In this document: in pieces, positions 48,557 to 58,649 of the stretch
Numbering within the stretch: the first letter of the stretch is position 1
Layout: each line of letters opens with the position of its first letter
Assembly: GCA_043719805.1 (NCBI GenBank)
Contig: JAYSTI010000001.1
Location: forward strand, 80,230-144,229
Origin: Candidatus Lloydbacteria bacterium
Lineage (GTDB): Bacteria; Patescibacteriota; Minisyncoccia; Phycocordibacterales; UBA6899
Reading direction: 5' to 3'
DNA length: 64,000 bases
Made by a program: the position numbers and the translations under genes
The notes under the pieces: model-generated
Seen by the model: the letters and a program-made list of their open reading frames with translations, nothing else
The model's database searches: none
Told to the model about the DNA's origin: nothing

Positions 48557-48820
48557 ATGAAACTGTGGAATTTTTTGGCCCAAAATGGCCTGCAAGTCCT
48601 GCTTGGTGGCGACCCTGATCTGGGATACGTTGCCACCATCGCCCCGTTCGACGGCAAGTTGCACAGTGCCGCAACAACCGCCGAAGTCCACCCTCATGCC
48701 TCTGGGCTCACTCCGCGCAAGGTGCTCATGGACCTCGCCAAGCAACTCGAGCGTTGCAAGGTGGTCCGCACAACCGCGCCCAAAAAGACGGTAACGGCCA
48801 ACACGCTCTCTGTCGACTGA
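48557..48820 (+). CDS. hypothetical small protein (87 aa) on the islet
   Basis: Followed by a + strand specific terminator. Confidence 0.45.
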   Translation: MKLWNFLAQNGLQVLLGGDPDLGYVATIAPFDGKLHSAATTAEVHPHASGLTPRKVLMDLAKQLERCKVVRTTAPKKTVTANTLSVD

Positions 48821-48838
48821 GCAGTCCAACAGAGGGCA

Positions 48839-48873
48839 CCGAACCGCTAGCTTGCTAGCGGTTTCATTTTTTG
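48839..48873 (+). terminator. intrinsic terminator
   Basis: gaaccgctagc-ttg-ctagcggtttc plus T6. Confidence 0.55.
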
Positions 48874-48892
48874 TGTTTCCCGCAAAAGGCCT

Positions 48893-49882
48893 TTAGTCAT
48901 CATCCCCCGCTTCTGCGCTTCCCATCTCCCCGCTTGTTGCGCGCTCACTAATTGTTTCGAGCATTGCACTGATGTCACCACCAAAGATGCCGTCGATGTT
49001 GTGCCAGGATTCTTTGATGCGGTGGTCGGTCACGCGGTTTTGCGGGACGTTGTAGGTGCGAATTTTTTCTGAACGATCGCCCGACCCGATTACGGAGCGT
49101 GCGTCGGCATTCTTCTTCAACTCCTCTTCGTCGTTCAATTGCTCAAGTTTTGCCGCGAGGATAGACATCGCCTTCTCGCGATTCTTGAGCTGTGAGCGCT
49201 CCACCGAGCAGTGCACGTGGATGTTTGTCGGTTTGTGGACCAAGTGTACAGCAGTCTCCACTTTGTTCACGTTCTGTCCGCCTGCGCCGCCTGAGCGGGT
49301 GTAGGACATTTCAAGATCGGATTGATTGATGACCACCTTCGCCTTCTTTCGGATGGGGAGCACGATGACAGATGCGGTCGATGTGTGAATACGGCCTGAC
49401 TTTTCTGTCGCAGGAATACGCTGAATGCGATGCACGCCGGTCTCCCACTTCATCATGTCAAATACTCCGTTACCGGTTACCTCAAATGTTGCTTCTTTGT
49501 ATCCCCCCATTTCGCTCTCCGACTCATCAACGACCTTCCATCCCCAACCTTTTGATTCCACAAAGCGCTGATACATGAGCGCCAAGTCTTGTGCAAATAT
49601 TGCCGCCTCCTCCCCGCCCACGCCGGCGCGCACCTCAAGAATAACTTCGCGCGGTTTTTCTTCAGCAACAACATCCTCTTTCAGAATGTATTCCATCTTC
49701 GTGACCAAGTCTTTCATGCTTGCTTCGTGTGTCGCAATATCTTCTTTTGCCATTGCATCCATTTCGGGATCTACGCCAAGTAAAGCTTTGGCGCTTTCCA
49801 ATTCAGCAGAAAACCGCTCGTATTCATCCACGAGATATTTCGTTTTGTAATTTTCTTTGAATTTTGTCAAATCGGGTTCCAT
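48893..49882 (-). CDS. prfA: peptide chain release factor 1
   Basis: PAT tripeptide ([14 protein letters not shown]) and GGQ motif ([10 protein letters not shown]). Confidence 0.9.
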   Translation of the reverse strand: MEPDLTKFKENYKTKYLVDEYERFSAELESAKALLGVDPEMDAMAKEDIATHEASMKDLVTKMEYILKEDVVAEEKPREVILEVRAGVGGEEAAIFAQDLALMYQRFVESKGWGWKVVDESESEMGGYKEATFEVTGNGVFDMMKWETGVHRIQRIPATEKSGRIHTSTASVIVLPIRKKAKVVINQSDLEMSYTRSGGAGGQNVNKVETAVHLVHKPTNIHVHCSVERSQLKNREKAMSILAAKLEQLNDEEELKKNADARSVIGSGDRSEKIRTYNVPQNRVTDHRIKESWHNIDGIFGGDISAMLETISERATSGEMGSAEAGDDD

Positions 49883-49959
49883 GAATTATCAGTATAACGT
49901 AAATAAATTTTACAGCGAAAAACCCGCACGACGAATTGTGTGCGGGCTCTCCAAGATAG

Positions 49960-50223
49960 CTATTTCTTTTCTTTTTTTGGCTTTGCGGATGCGGCTCGTG
50001 TCTTGAAGCGCTCGACGCGTCCTGCCATGTCCATTGCCTTTTCCTTTCCGGTGAAGAGCGGATGGCACTGCGAGCAGATTTCCATGTCGATTTTCTCCAT
50101 CGTGGAACCGACTGTCATTTCTGCGCCACATGCGCATGTCGCTTTTGCAGTCGGAAAATACTTGAGGTTAAACTCAACTTTCTTCTCCGGCTTCTTGTCT
50201 CTTTTTACTTGTGCTGTTGCCAT
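49960..50223 (-). CDS. rpmE: 50S ribosomal protein L31 with 14-aa N-terminal extension
   Basis: C-terminal 75 aa match L31 (CxC...CxxC, HPLFTGK); ORF-track entry 49960..50493 starts far upstream in likely non-coding sequence. Confidence 0.85.
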   Translation of the reverse strand: MATAQVKRDKKPEKKVEFNLKYFPTAKATCACGAEMTVGSTMEKIDMEICSQCHPLFTGKEKAMDMAGRVERFKTRAASAKPKKEKK

Positions 50224-50231
50224 AGGGCTAC

Positions 50232-50260
50232 ACTCTATCAAACAGCCCCAAATTTGGCAA
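50232..50260 (-). promoter_or_regulatory. candidate rpmE promoter TTGCCA-N17-TAGAGT containing TTGCCAAATTTGGGGC, possibly leaderless
   Basis: 16-nt motif identical to that at 33224..33242; -10 ends 8 nt before the rpmE ATG. Confidence 0.4.
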
Positions 50261-50289
50261 GAATGAAAGAATGAATGCGAAATCCACAT

Positions 50290-50314
50290 AGAAAAACCCC
50301 TCACGAGGAGGGGT
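50290..50314 (-). terminator. intrinsic terminator
   Basis: cccctc-acgag-gagggg with T5 in minus orientation. Confidence 0.55.
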
Positions 50315-50323
50315 TCGGAATCG

Positions 50324-50857
50324 TCACTGCAGTGACCGGGAGACAGGCTCGGCAAAATAGAGCGTGCACGCATCGTGAATCTTTGCACGATCTGCCTGAC
50401 TGAAAACGTGAGCGATGAAATCGAGAGCATTTGGCCACCCTCTCTCAATAACGAGCAGTGAGCTTTTGTGACCGATGAGCGGTGCGAGCACACTCATGCG
50501 CTCCGCATCGTTATCCCAATAGGTCATCACATTCGCGGCATCAAAACACCCCTTGAACACAGCCGGCGACGGCGGCTGACAGACAGCCATCAATCCCATC
50601 GCACCACAGACGAGGTCAGATGCTCGTGGCACCGCCCCGGCTTCAAGTGTCCGCTCAAGCTTTATAAGAAAAGGTTCTTCGCCGTAAGTAACCACGATGC
50701 CGAGCTTTCCATCATCGTTGATCCAAACAAGTCCCACCTCCCGACCGCCGACCGCAAAAACAAGAATCGGTGTGCAGTTTACCGTGATGTCTTGACTCAC
50801 ATTCGTACTCCCAAGTAACATCTCACTCCACCCTATCAAAGTACGACGAGAATGCAA
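50324..50857 (-). CDS. hypothetical protein (177 aa; alternative start at 50821)
   Basis: Long ORF, same strand as neighbours, terminator downstream. Confidence 0.55.
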   Translation of the reverse strand: MHSRRTLIGWSEMLLGSTNVSQDITVNCTPILVFAVGGREVGLVWINDDGKLGIVVTYGEEPFLIKLERTLEAGAVPRASDLVCGAMGLMAVCQPPSPAVFKGCFDAANVMTYWDNDAERMSVLAPLIGHKSSLLVIERGWPNALDFIAHVFSQADRAKIHDACTLYFAEPVSRSLQ

Positions 50858-50957
50858 TTCGCCGATGATGAGCGCGTCCGAGAGGACTTACTCATGTAAG
50901 TTTTCCGGACCGCCTGGCGAAGTCAGCGCAAAAGTGCGTCAATTTTACGAATTCAGC

Positions 50958-51062
50958 CTAAATTCCTGATTTTGGATGAAATACGAAGTGCTGGAGATTG
51001 GCGGTGTGACGCAGGCGTACTCATAGTACGACCGCTAACCCGCGCAATTGAAGCACGAGTAG
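50958..51062. repeat. perfect 18-bp inverted repeat (CTAAATTCCTGATTTTGG / CCAAAATCAGGAATTTAG) enclosing 69 nt with internal hairpins
   Basis: Direct reading of both arms; not followed by a T-run; lies between two minus-strand genes. Confidence 0.4.
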
Positions 51063-51072
51063 CTCGCCAAAA

Positions 51073-52485
51073 TCAGGAATTTAGAGGGTCGATCATGGTG
51101 GTCTGGATAGACTTTGCCTTGGTCATAACTTGCGTCCCATAAGTAGCCGCCCAACTCGATGCACTACACTTACTCCCCGAAAAATATCGGCACGCTGCGT
51201 CGCGCTCCGCACTATATGAACTAGGCTTTGCCCCAAGGTCGGTAAGATACATTCCTGCAGCCATAAATGCGTCACGCGCACTCCACGGGTCCGCAGCGTC
51301 AGTACCCAACGCCTTCATTATCCGTTTTTCAAACATCACCCACGTTGAAGGAATGAATTGCGCCGCCCCCATTGCGCCGCCCCAACCCACCTCCTGCGGA
51401 CACGATACGCGCGTATCGTACGGATCCTTGCCAAGCGCTGCGGTTATCAACAAAAACGGTGGAACATCACGAGTAGGGTTCATCACTTTTTGTTTTGCAT
51501 TACCACTTTTTGCAGAAACACCTGCTCCCGTCGCGCGATTCTTCAAGATGCACGAACCCTGATTTGCGCCGAAGCTAGACTCCTGCATAAAGACCGCAAG
51601 CAGAAATGCGGGACGAATGCCGGTCTTCCCGGAAACGGCAACCGCATAGTCGTATGCTTTTCCAAATGAGATCTCACCGGAATCGCGAAGCGCAAAAAGT
51701 GCGGTGCGAATTTCTGCTGCTCGTTTTTTGCGGTCCGCAAGAACTTTTGAATATTCTGCCTCCTTGTTCTTGGTAATTTTTAGTAAACGGTTTTTTTCCG
51801 CCTCATTTGACTGCACAATGCTCTTACTGCGCTCAAGACCCGCCTTGGCGTCCATTTCCTGCTGTTGTTTTGTTTCCAGTGCTTCTTGCGCTGATTCGTT
51901 TTCAGCTTTCGCGCTTCTTAATGCATCAGCTGAATTCTTGAGACCTGCACGAATAGAATCAAATGAATCAAGGTCAATAAAAAAACTCGAAAGATCTTCT
52001 TTCGACAAAAGCATTTCGGGTAACGATGCTTGGTCGAGCTCGTTTGTCTTTCGTATCAATTGCGCCAGTGACTGCTTCTCGCGGTCGATGCGCAACACAA
52101 GATTTCTTACGGTTCTCGATTTCTCCATTATTCCGACACCAAGTTGCGCGACGAGCACACCCTGTCTCTTGATGAGCACATTCAGGCGGTCGGTATTTGC
52201 CTTTAGAAGCTTAATGTCACCGGTCAAACTCGTCCCCTCAGTCTTCAGTCCGCCGATGGTGTTGGTTAGGCCGGCAATTTCCTGATTGACGCCATCAAGC
52301 TCATTTTGCAGTTGGGACTCCTTGTCGGCGCTCGCAACCGACATCCCCGTCTGCGCGATCGCCACATGATACGCGGGAAAAAATATTGAGAAAATCGCAC
52401 AGAGGAGTAGTGCAAAACAAGCCAATTGTTTTTTCTGCAAACCACGTACTCTCGATAAGGTGCGCATCATGTAGTTGGAGCACAT
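51073..52485 (-). CDS. secreted coiled-coil protein with C-terminal lytic transglycosylase-like domain
   Basis: Signal peptide; about 250-aa coiled coil; catalytic-type motifs QESSFG and GAMGAAQFIPSTW. Confidence 0.75.
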   Translation of the reverse strand: MCSNYMMRTLSRVRGLQKKQLACFALLLCAIFSIFFPAYHVAIAQTGMSVASADKESQLQNELDGVNQEIAGLTNTIGGLKTEGTSLTGDIKLLKANTDRLNVLIKRQGVLVAQLGVGIMEKSRTVRNLVLRIDREKQSLAQLIRKTNELDQASLPEMLLSKEDLSSFFIDLDSFDSIRAGLKNSADALRSAKAENESAQEALETKQQQEMDAKAGLERSKSIVQSNEAEKNRLLKITKNKEAEYSKVLADRKKRAAEIRTALFALRDSGEISFGKAYDYAVAVSGKTGIRPAFLLAVFMQESSFGANQGSCILKNRATGAGVSAKSGNAKQKVMNPTRDVPPFLLITAALGKDPYDTRVSCPQEVGWGGAMGAAQFIPSTWVMFEKRIMKALGTDAADPWSARDAFMAAGMYLTDLGAKPSSYSAERDAACRYFSGSKCSASSWAATYGTQVMTKAKSIQTTMIDPLNS

Positions 52486-52574
52486 TATACCACCTCATAC
52501 GACGTGAAAACAAAAGACACCACGAGTGGGGCGAAATCGCCATAGCTCGTGGTGTTTTTGAGTTGCACGCAGTA

Positions 52575-53216
52575 TTATGCAGCAGCTTCGCTCTCGCCCT
52601 CTTCTTCTTTCTTTCCCTTCTTCTCAACTTCGATAGCAGACATGTCAATCGATGTGGCTGCTTCCTCCTTTTCTTCATGCGGAGAAGTAACGCCGGCGAT
52701 GACCTCCGTGAGAGGCACCATTGACTCTACTCCATCACCAAGCACGAGGTCGGCAACTGTAATCTGGCTATCCATAGCAACAAGCTTCGAGAGGTCTACG
52801 ACGAAATGCTGCGGAAGTTTTCCGGGAAGTGCTTCGATGCGAATCTCGTGCATCATTCTCATGGTGATACCACCAAGCTTTTCCGCCGGTGCGACACCAA
52901 TGAATTCAACGGGGATATCCACCTCAATCTTATGATCCTTCGCAACGACGTAAAAGTCCGCGTGGATTGCGTCTCCAATGACCGGATCGAGTGCAACGTC
53001 GTGAATCATCGCATCGATGGTTCCTGTCGGGGTCTTGAGCGAAATAAGTGCCGATGTTCCTGCCGCCTGATACGCCTTCACAAAGGCAATCTTATTGACG
53101 GTAATAGGCGTCGATGGGTGCGAAGATCCGTAATAGACCGCAGGAATGTTTCCACCCTTTCGAATCATTTTCGGATTTACTTTCACGTCCCGTGCTTCTA
53201 CGGTTATTGTTATCAT
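52575..53216 (-). CDS. rplY: 50S ribosomal protein L25 / general stress protein Ctc with acidic C-terminal extension
   Basis: MITITVEARDVKVNPKMIRKGGNIPAVYYG matches the L25 N-terminus; two-domain Ctc form. Confidence 0.85.
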   Translation of the reverse strand: MITITVEARDVKVNPKMIRKGGNIPAVYYGSSHPSTPITVNKIAFVKAYQAAGTSALISLKTPTGTIDAMIHDVALDPVIGDAIHADFYVVAKDHKIEVDIPVEFIGVAPAEKLGGITMRMMHEIRIEALPGKLPQHFVVDLSKLVAMDSQITVADLVLGDGVESMVPLTEVIAGVTSPHEEKEEAATSIDMSAIEVEKKGKKEEEGESEAAA

Positions 53217-53482
53217 AATCGAAAAATTATTGTAAAACCTACGTAAATAGCGAACTTCTTTGTTGTGAGACCCCAGACACTCGGTCAACATATGGGAATA
53301 TGCCTTCATCGTGTCCCTCCCAACGCCGCGAATTTCATCTATTTACCCATGTTTTACACTGGTTAATATGCCGCATAGCATAGCAAATACTGGACTTTAT
53401 GCAGTATTGACAATACTAGCACGTCATGCTACAATTCAAAGCAGACAACAACACTGCGCGCCCGACGGCGGAAGGAGCTCCC

Positions 53483-53833
53483 ATGTTTCCAGGAACACAA
53501 GCGTATCCCGAGGGTCGGTACAGGCCAGTGCGAATTGACAATGCTGGTTGGGATGTCTGGTGTGCGACAGGCGCATCGCAGATTCTCGCTACGCGCGAAT
53601 ATGAGCCCTTGCTTGATGCGAATCCCAAGGACTCTTTCCTTGTCAATTTTGCGAACGGCTCGTGCGCCAACGTTTGGCCTGCGCATCCACTCTGGATCGC
53701 ACTAAAGGGTCTTGTGACCAAGGGGTACACGGTCGAAGTGTTTTCCCTCTCTGTGCGCGGCACCTACGGGTTGTGGACTGGTGAGGAAGGCTCCCTCGGT
53801 TGCTTCGACGCCATCAAGATCACAAAGAAGTAA
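53483..53833 (+). CDS. hypothetical protein (116 aa)
   Basis: GGAAGGAG ribosome-binding site before the ATG at 53483; hairpins downstream. Confidence 0.5.
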   Translation: MFPGTQAYPEGRYRPVRIDNAGWDVWCATGASQILATREYEPLLDANPKDSFLVNFANGSCANVWPAHPLWIALKGLVTKGYTVEVFSLSVRGTYGLWTGEEGSLGCFDAIKITKK

Positions 53834-53987
53834 GCGAGCCATCCTCGCTCAATGCCCGATTCGTCGGGCTTTTCTATTTATAAATTTGTGCTTGCGTATC
53901 TCTTTTTCACATCAATGTTCAATATTTTAAGTCATTTTTTCATCACTTTTTGCCGGGGCCTCGCCTTGACATTTTTTTAGTTAATAC

Positions 53988-54026
53988 AAAAAACCGATGC
54001 GCACTTTTTTGGCATCGGCTTTTTTA
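53988..54026. terminator. bidirectional intrinsic terminator
   Basis: ccgatgc-(10 nt)-gcatcgg flanked by A6/T6. Confidence 0.55.
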
Positions 54027-54039
54027 TTAATATCTGAAA

Positions 54040-55008
54040 TTACTGCACTGCATTCACGGGAATCTTCCCATCAAAGAATGCGATGAGATTTTCCGCCGCA
54101 ATCTTTGCCATGCCCTCACGCGTCGGCACCGAGGCCGATGCAATGTGCGGAGTGATGACAACATTTTCACAATCAGCGAGCCCCGGTGCAAGTGCGGGCT
54201 CGTTCTCATAGACATCGAGTCCTGCGCCTGCGATAGTCCCCGTTTTGAGTGCAGCAACCAGTGCGACCTCGTCTATGACCGGTCCGCGCGACGTATTCAC
54301 GAGATATGCAGTCTTCTTCATCATCGCAAGTCGCTCTGCATTCATAAGATGCTTAGTAGAGTCAAGAAGCGGAACGTGAATCGAAACAACATCTGCTTCA
54401 CGAAGAACTTCCTCAACTGTTGGGAAATATCGCGCACCGGTCGCCTGCTCAAAATCAAGATTCTGTTTTACGTCGTAGTAGATGACGCTCATATCGAACC
54501 CGTCCTTCGCATGGTGCGCAAGGCGTGTACCAATGCGCCCGGCACCCAAGATGCCGATAGTCTTTCCGGTGAGGTCCATTCCAAGCAACATCATTGGCCC
54601 CCAACCCTGATACTTTCCTGCGCGGGTAAGCCTGTCTCCTTCCACTGTACGCGTCGTACACGCAAGGACGAGCGCCATTGCATGCTCGGCAACAGTATTC
54701 GTAAGTGCCCCCGGAGTGTTCGTGATGGTGATTCCGCGCTTCTTTGCCTCCGGAACATCAATATTGTTGAACCCAACAGCGTAATTGGCAAATATCTTTG
54801 CCGTTGGCACTGCATCGTACACCTCGGCGTTAATGGTATCAGTGAGGAGCGAAAGGACTCCATCATATGGCTTTGCGCGAAGTGCACCGAGCAATTCTTC
54901 TTTGGTGAGTACACCATCTTTTGTGCTCACATCGAGCGTAAAACCTTTATCGCGAAGCATGGCGAGTCCGAGCTCGGGTATAAGTCGTGTAACGTAAATA
55001 GTTGGCAT
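54040..55008 (-). CDS. D-isomer-specific 2-hydroxyacid dehydrogenase (glyoxylate/hydroxypyruvate reductase-like)
   Basis: NAD-binding GILGAGRIGTRLA, catalytic His/Glu/Arg region; ATG at 55008. Confidence 0.85.
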   Translation of the reverse strand: MPTIYVTRLIPELGLAMLRDKGFTLDVSTKDGVLTKEELLGALRAKPYDGVLSLLTDTINAEVYDAVPTAKIFANYAVGFNNIDVPEAKKRGITITNTPGALTNTVAEHAMALVLACTTRTVEGDRLTRAGKYQGWGPMMLLGMDLTGKTIGILGAGRIGTRLAHHAKDGFDMSVIYYDVKQNLDFEQATGARYFPTVEEVLREADVVSIHVPLLDSTKHLMNAERLAMMKKTAYLVNTSRGPVIDEVALVAALKTGTIAGAGLDVYENEPALAPGLADCENVVITPHIASASVPTREGMAKIAAENLIAFFDGKIPVNAVQ

Positions 55009-55034
55009 GGAAAAATAATTAATTAACAAACATA

Positions 55035-56342
55035 TTAGCGATTGCCCGATGCAAGTACTGCGCGTGTCATTGGTCCGAAAAATCCCGTCGCAGGAAGAGC
55101 GCGCTCTTTTTGAAGCTTAATAAGCGCGGCCTTCGTGAGCTGTCCGAAATATCCGGTTGCGTTACTCGCGAGATACCCTCTTCCGATGAGTAACTCCTGA
55201 AGTCGCGTCACATCTTCTCCTCGCGAACCCACAGTCAGATTGCGAGAAAATGAAGACACGAGTATCGGCATCATCCCTCTGGGCTTGTCGTCCAAAGGGA
55301 CACTCGTCACGGTAAGTGTACCGACTCCGGCAGTGACACTTGGTGTCGCAGTGCCAACCCGCACGCGCACAGTACTATCGATGGGTCCGCCCTTCCCAGT
55401 ACACGCTATTGCATATACTTGATCAGCACCGAGATTACTCATGACGCGTGAACCCGAGAGGTCGAGCGCGCCGGACCAGTCTCCGCTTGCAGTACATGAA
55501 TCAACCTTTGCTGCTGTCCAATTGAGCGTAACGGAACCTTTCGCCTCAATACTGTCGCTTGATATTGAGAATGCGAGCGTCGGACGAATCGCAAGGGGAA
55601 CCGTAGGCTTGCCGGCATTGCCCTCATTGTAGAGTGAGGTCACCTCCTCCATGGTGAGTGCGCGGCTGTAAAGACGCAATTCATCAATCATTCCGTTAAA
55701 TGAACCAAGAAGTGGGTTCGCCTCCGACATTCCGATACGATAGGAAAGCACTTGATTGGTGAAGTCGGGAAACCATCGTCCAAGATTTTCTCCGGCAACG
55801 CCTATCTCCTCACCGTTCACATACAATTTGTACGAAACAGTATTGGCCGTAAGAACGAGATTGTACCACTCGTTTCTATTCAGTATGGTCATCCCCTGCA
55901 CCTTGCGGTCCGACCCTCCGGGGTCAGTACGAAATTGCAGCTGGGGACGGCCCTCGTAGTCAACAGACAGAAGCACATAAACGTTATTGTCGCTCGTAGA
56001 CTTTCCAGAAAAAATTACGTTGCGACTGTTCAACTGCTCCATCCGAAACCATACAGATAGCGTGCCTTGGCTTCCGGTCAAAAAACTATTTGGGAGTGCG
56101 ACACCCTCACCGTCCAATCCGTCCATGCCGAGTGCAGTACCAATCTTCCCCCCGGCCCAGCCGAGACCCGTGGAGCTTCCCACCAAGACGCCATTTTGCC
56201 CACCAATGTCGCGGACACTTTTCCCGGTCGCATCATCAAACGACCAAAAATTGGTGTAATCACTCGTTGCAGCGAACGCCGGTGTTGCGACAAAAAAGAA
56301 CGCTACTGCCACACACGCGCCAAGCTGTCTTATTGTTTTCAT
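55035..56342 (-). CDS. secreted protein with LamG/concanavalin-like domain and C-terminal peptidoglycan-binding domain
   Basis: Signal peptide; DELRLYSRALTMEEVTSLY (LamG-like); C-terminal LTVGSRGEDVTRLQELLIGRGYL...FGPMT (PG_binding_1). Confidence 0.75.
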   Translation of the reverse strand: MKTIRQLGACVAVAFFFVATPAFAATSDYTNFWSFDDATGKSVRDIGGQNGVLVGSSTGLGWAGGKIGTALGMDGLDGEGVALPNSFLTGSQGTLSVWFRMEQLNSRNVIFSGKSTSDNNVYVLLSVDYEGRPQLQFRTDPGGSDRKVQGMTILNRNEWYNLVLTANTVSYKLYVNGEEIGVAGENLGRWFPDFTNQVLSYRIGMSEANPLLGSFNGMIDELRLYSRALTMEEVTSLYNEGNAGKPTVPLAIRPTLAFSISSDSIEAKGSVTLNWTAAKVDSCTASGDWSGALDLSGSRVMSNLGADQVYAIACTGKGGPIDSTVRVRVGTATPSVTAGVGTLTVTSVPLDDKPRGMMPILVSSFSRNLTVGSRGEDVTRLQELLIGRGYLASNATGYFGQLTKAALIKLQKERALPATGFFGPMTRAVLASGNR

Positions 56343-56380
56343 AATTGAATTGTTACTATTAATAATTTGGCTCCAGTAAA

Positions 56381-57424
56381 TTACAAATCCTGACTCCCGG
56401 AAACGAAATCGCCTCCGAGCGACGCAGTTTCGAGCTTTCCATCACGCGCATCAACGGCAATTTTTAACTGGTGCGCAAAAATGTCCATTGCTCCCTTTGT
56501 GTCTTCACGGTGCGCCGCCCAATGCTTGAGCACCGGGTCTTGTAGGGCGCGTGAAAACGAAAATGTCATACCCCATGGGTGCGGACCCTTCTTCGCAATA
56601 GCATCAAGATTAATAAACGCCTGCGTCGGAGTCTGCCCTCCGGAAAGAAAGACGACTCCCCCAAGTTCATGCGGCACATGACCATGAAGCGCACGCACGG
56701 TGCGTATTGCAACATCTTCCGCCGACAAAAGCTGTCCGGATTCTTTTCCGGGAATGACCATGCTTGTCTTCAATATCGCCCCCTGCATATACACCTTGTA
56801 CTCTTTCATAAATGAAAAGAGCATGTCATAGACTTTGGTGATGACGTCATCGCACTCTTCTATTGTGTGTGTCCCGTCAAAAAGCACCTCAGGCTCAACG
56901 ATGGGAACGATGTCATATTCCTGACACAGTCTCGCATAGCGAGCAAGAATAAATGCATTCGCCCCAATCAGGTTATCACTCGGAATCCCAGGACCGATAG
57001 CGATGACTGCGCGCCACTTCGCGAATTTCGCCCCAGCATCGCGATATTTTGCGAGGCGTTCAGGAAGTCCGTCGAGTCCTTTTGTCAGCTTCTCTCCGGA
57101 AAACCCCGGGAGGTCTACCAATCCTTCGTCTACTTTTATGCCGGGAAGTATCCCAGCCTCGGTGCAATATTCTCTGAATGGTTTCCCATCTGTTGTCGAT
57201 TGCCAAAATGTTTCATCATAAAAAATGACTCCCGAAAGTATTCCCTTCGCCTCCGGTGTGGTGAGCAATATTTCGCGATACTTCCGACGATTTTCCTCGG
57301 TCTCCTCTACGCCAACTGCGACAAAACGCTTATTTGCACTTCCCGTCGACTCATCTGCGGCTAAAATTCCCTTTCCGGGCGACACCAAATATTTCGCCGT
57401 CGCTTCAAGTAATTGTTCGTTCAT
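56381..57424 (-). CDS. fba: fructose-bisphosphate aldolase, class I
   Basis: GKGILAADES, Schiff-base lysine region and overall class I FBA similarity; ATG at 57424. Confidence 0.85.
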   Translation of the reverse strand: MNEQLLEATAKYLVSPGKGILAADESTGSANKRFVAVGVEETEENRRKYREILLTTPEAKGILSGVIFYDETFWQSTTDGKPFREYCTEAGILPGIKVDEGLVDLPGFSGEKLTKGLDGLPERLAKYRDAGAKFAKWRAVIAIGPGIPSDNLIGANAFILARYARLCQEYDIVPIVEPEVLFDGTHTIEECDDVITKVYDMLFSFMKEYKVYMQGAILKTSMVIPGKESGQLLSAEDVAIRTVRALHGHVPHELGGVVFLSGGQTPTQAFINLDAIAKKGPHPWGMTFSFSRALQDPVLKHWAAHREDTKGAMDIFAHQLKIAVDARDGKLETASLGGDFVSGSQDL

Positions 57425-57556
57425 ATGGCAAAAGTATAACATTCCCGATTGACGATTGCGAGAATGCTTGTAAGGTGATAAATGCTTCACAATTCCGTGA
57501 GGTGCTGTACCTTTTCAACCCTTCATCTAAGGCTATATAAAGCCAGGAGGTTCTCA

Positions 57557-58498
57557 ATGTCTCAATCGTCACACGTCACGCCACTCCCCGAACATGAGGC
57601 GCGCGAGCTCATCCAAAAATGCTACTTGCATGGCCGCAAGGTCGGATATTACCTCGGCCCAAATCGTTTCGCGGATAGACTTTTTGGAACAGTCGTCGGG
57701 ACTGGAGAAAAACTCGTCTCTCGCGGTGGCCGCAACCACAAGCTGGCCGGCCGCTACCTCGACTTCACCAAGTTGCGTATTGCCCCCACAAAGGGTGGGC
57801 CCGAAGTACTTTGCAGCATCAACAACGGAACTGTTGGACCAATGTTCCCGTTCGACGGCGCAGATGCGGCATGGATGACCGAAGAGGAAATGTTGGGCAT
57901 GGCGCGAATCCTCATTTATTCCGGACCTCTTCCTGAAACTCCGTTTTGGGAAGGCGATTGCGTCAAACTTAAGAGCATGAGTCGTAGGGCCGACCCCAAA
58001 GGTTGGACCGTGAAGGAAATCGATTATGATTCCCCGCCCAACACTGATGACTATGTATACCGGATTACCAGTACGCGCCCTGAACTGCGCCAGGAGTATT
58101 GGGGCGCTGGACTCGAACTCCTCGCTCGCGGCAATCTCTGGAAGATGGAGCATGGCGAGCCGACGAGCTTCGAGAGCATCGAAGACGAGGCAGCGTTCTA
58201 TAAAACTCTCGAAATGTCACGAAACGTCACAGACGTCTACGCCACTGAACAAATGAGGCTTGCATCTTCAACCGAGTTTAACAATGCGAAGGAAGAGAGA
58301 AGTTTTTACGCGTCCATGACAGCAACATTCTCTGAGGCAATTGCGGCGCTTAGGAGCGGCAAAGCAGACGAGATGAAGCTCAAGGACAAAACAAAAATGA
58401 CCTATGCGGTCATCAAGTACGACAACGAGGAATTCGGGTCACGCATGCGTGCACACACGCTCGCAAAATTCGGCCTCGGAGAAGGCGTTTCGGCGTAA
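57557..58498 (+). CDS. hypothetical protein (313 aa)
   Basis: AGGAGG ribosome-binding site before the ATG at 57557; terminator downstream. Confidence 0.6.
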   Translation: MSQSSHVTPLPEHEARELIQKCYLHGRKVGYYLGPNRFADRLFGTVVGTGEKLVSRGGRNHKLAGRYLDFTKLRIAPTKGGPEVLCSINNGTVGPMFPFDGADAAWMTEEEMLGMARILIYSGPLPETPFWEGDCVKLKSMSRRADPKGWTVKEIDYDSPPNTDDYVYRITSTRPELRQEYWGAGLELLARGNLWKMEHGEPTSFESIEDEAAFYKTLEMSRNVTDVYATEQMRLASSTEFNNAKEERSFYASMTATFSEAIAALRSGKADEMKLKDKTKMTYAVIKYDNEEFGSRMRAHTLAKFGLGEGVSA

Positions 58499-58510
58499 CC
58501 ACCATCAACA

Positions 58511-58536
58511 CAAGCACCTTCGGGTGCTTTTTATTT
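58511..58536 (+). terminator. intrinsic terminator
   Basis: aagcacc-ttcg-ggtgctt plus T-run. Confidence 0.5.
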
Positions 58537-58649
58537 GGCAATTTTCGTTGCAGACAACTTCTCCAAGGTCTTACCTTTCAAAGCAGGGAGAGGTCTTAGT
58601 CCTCCCTTAAAGCTATGATATAATTTCCTTAACAAGCTAATATTCATTT

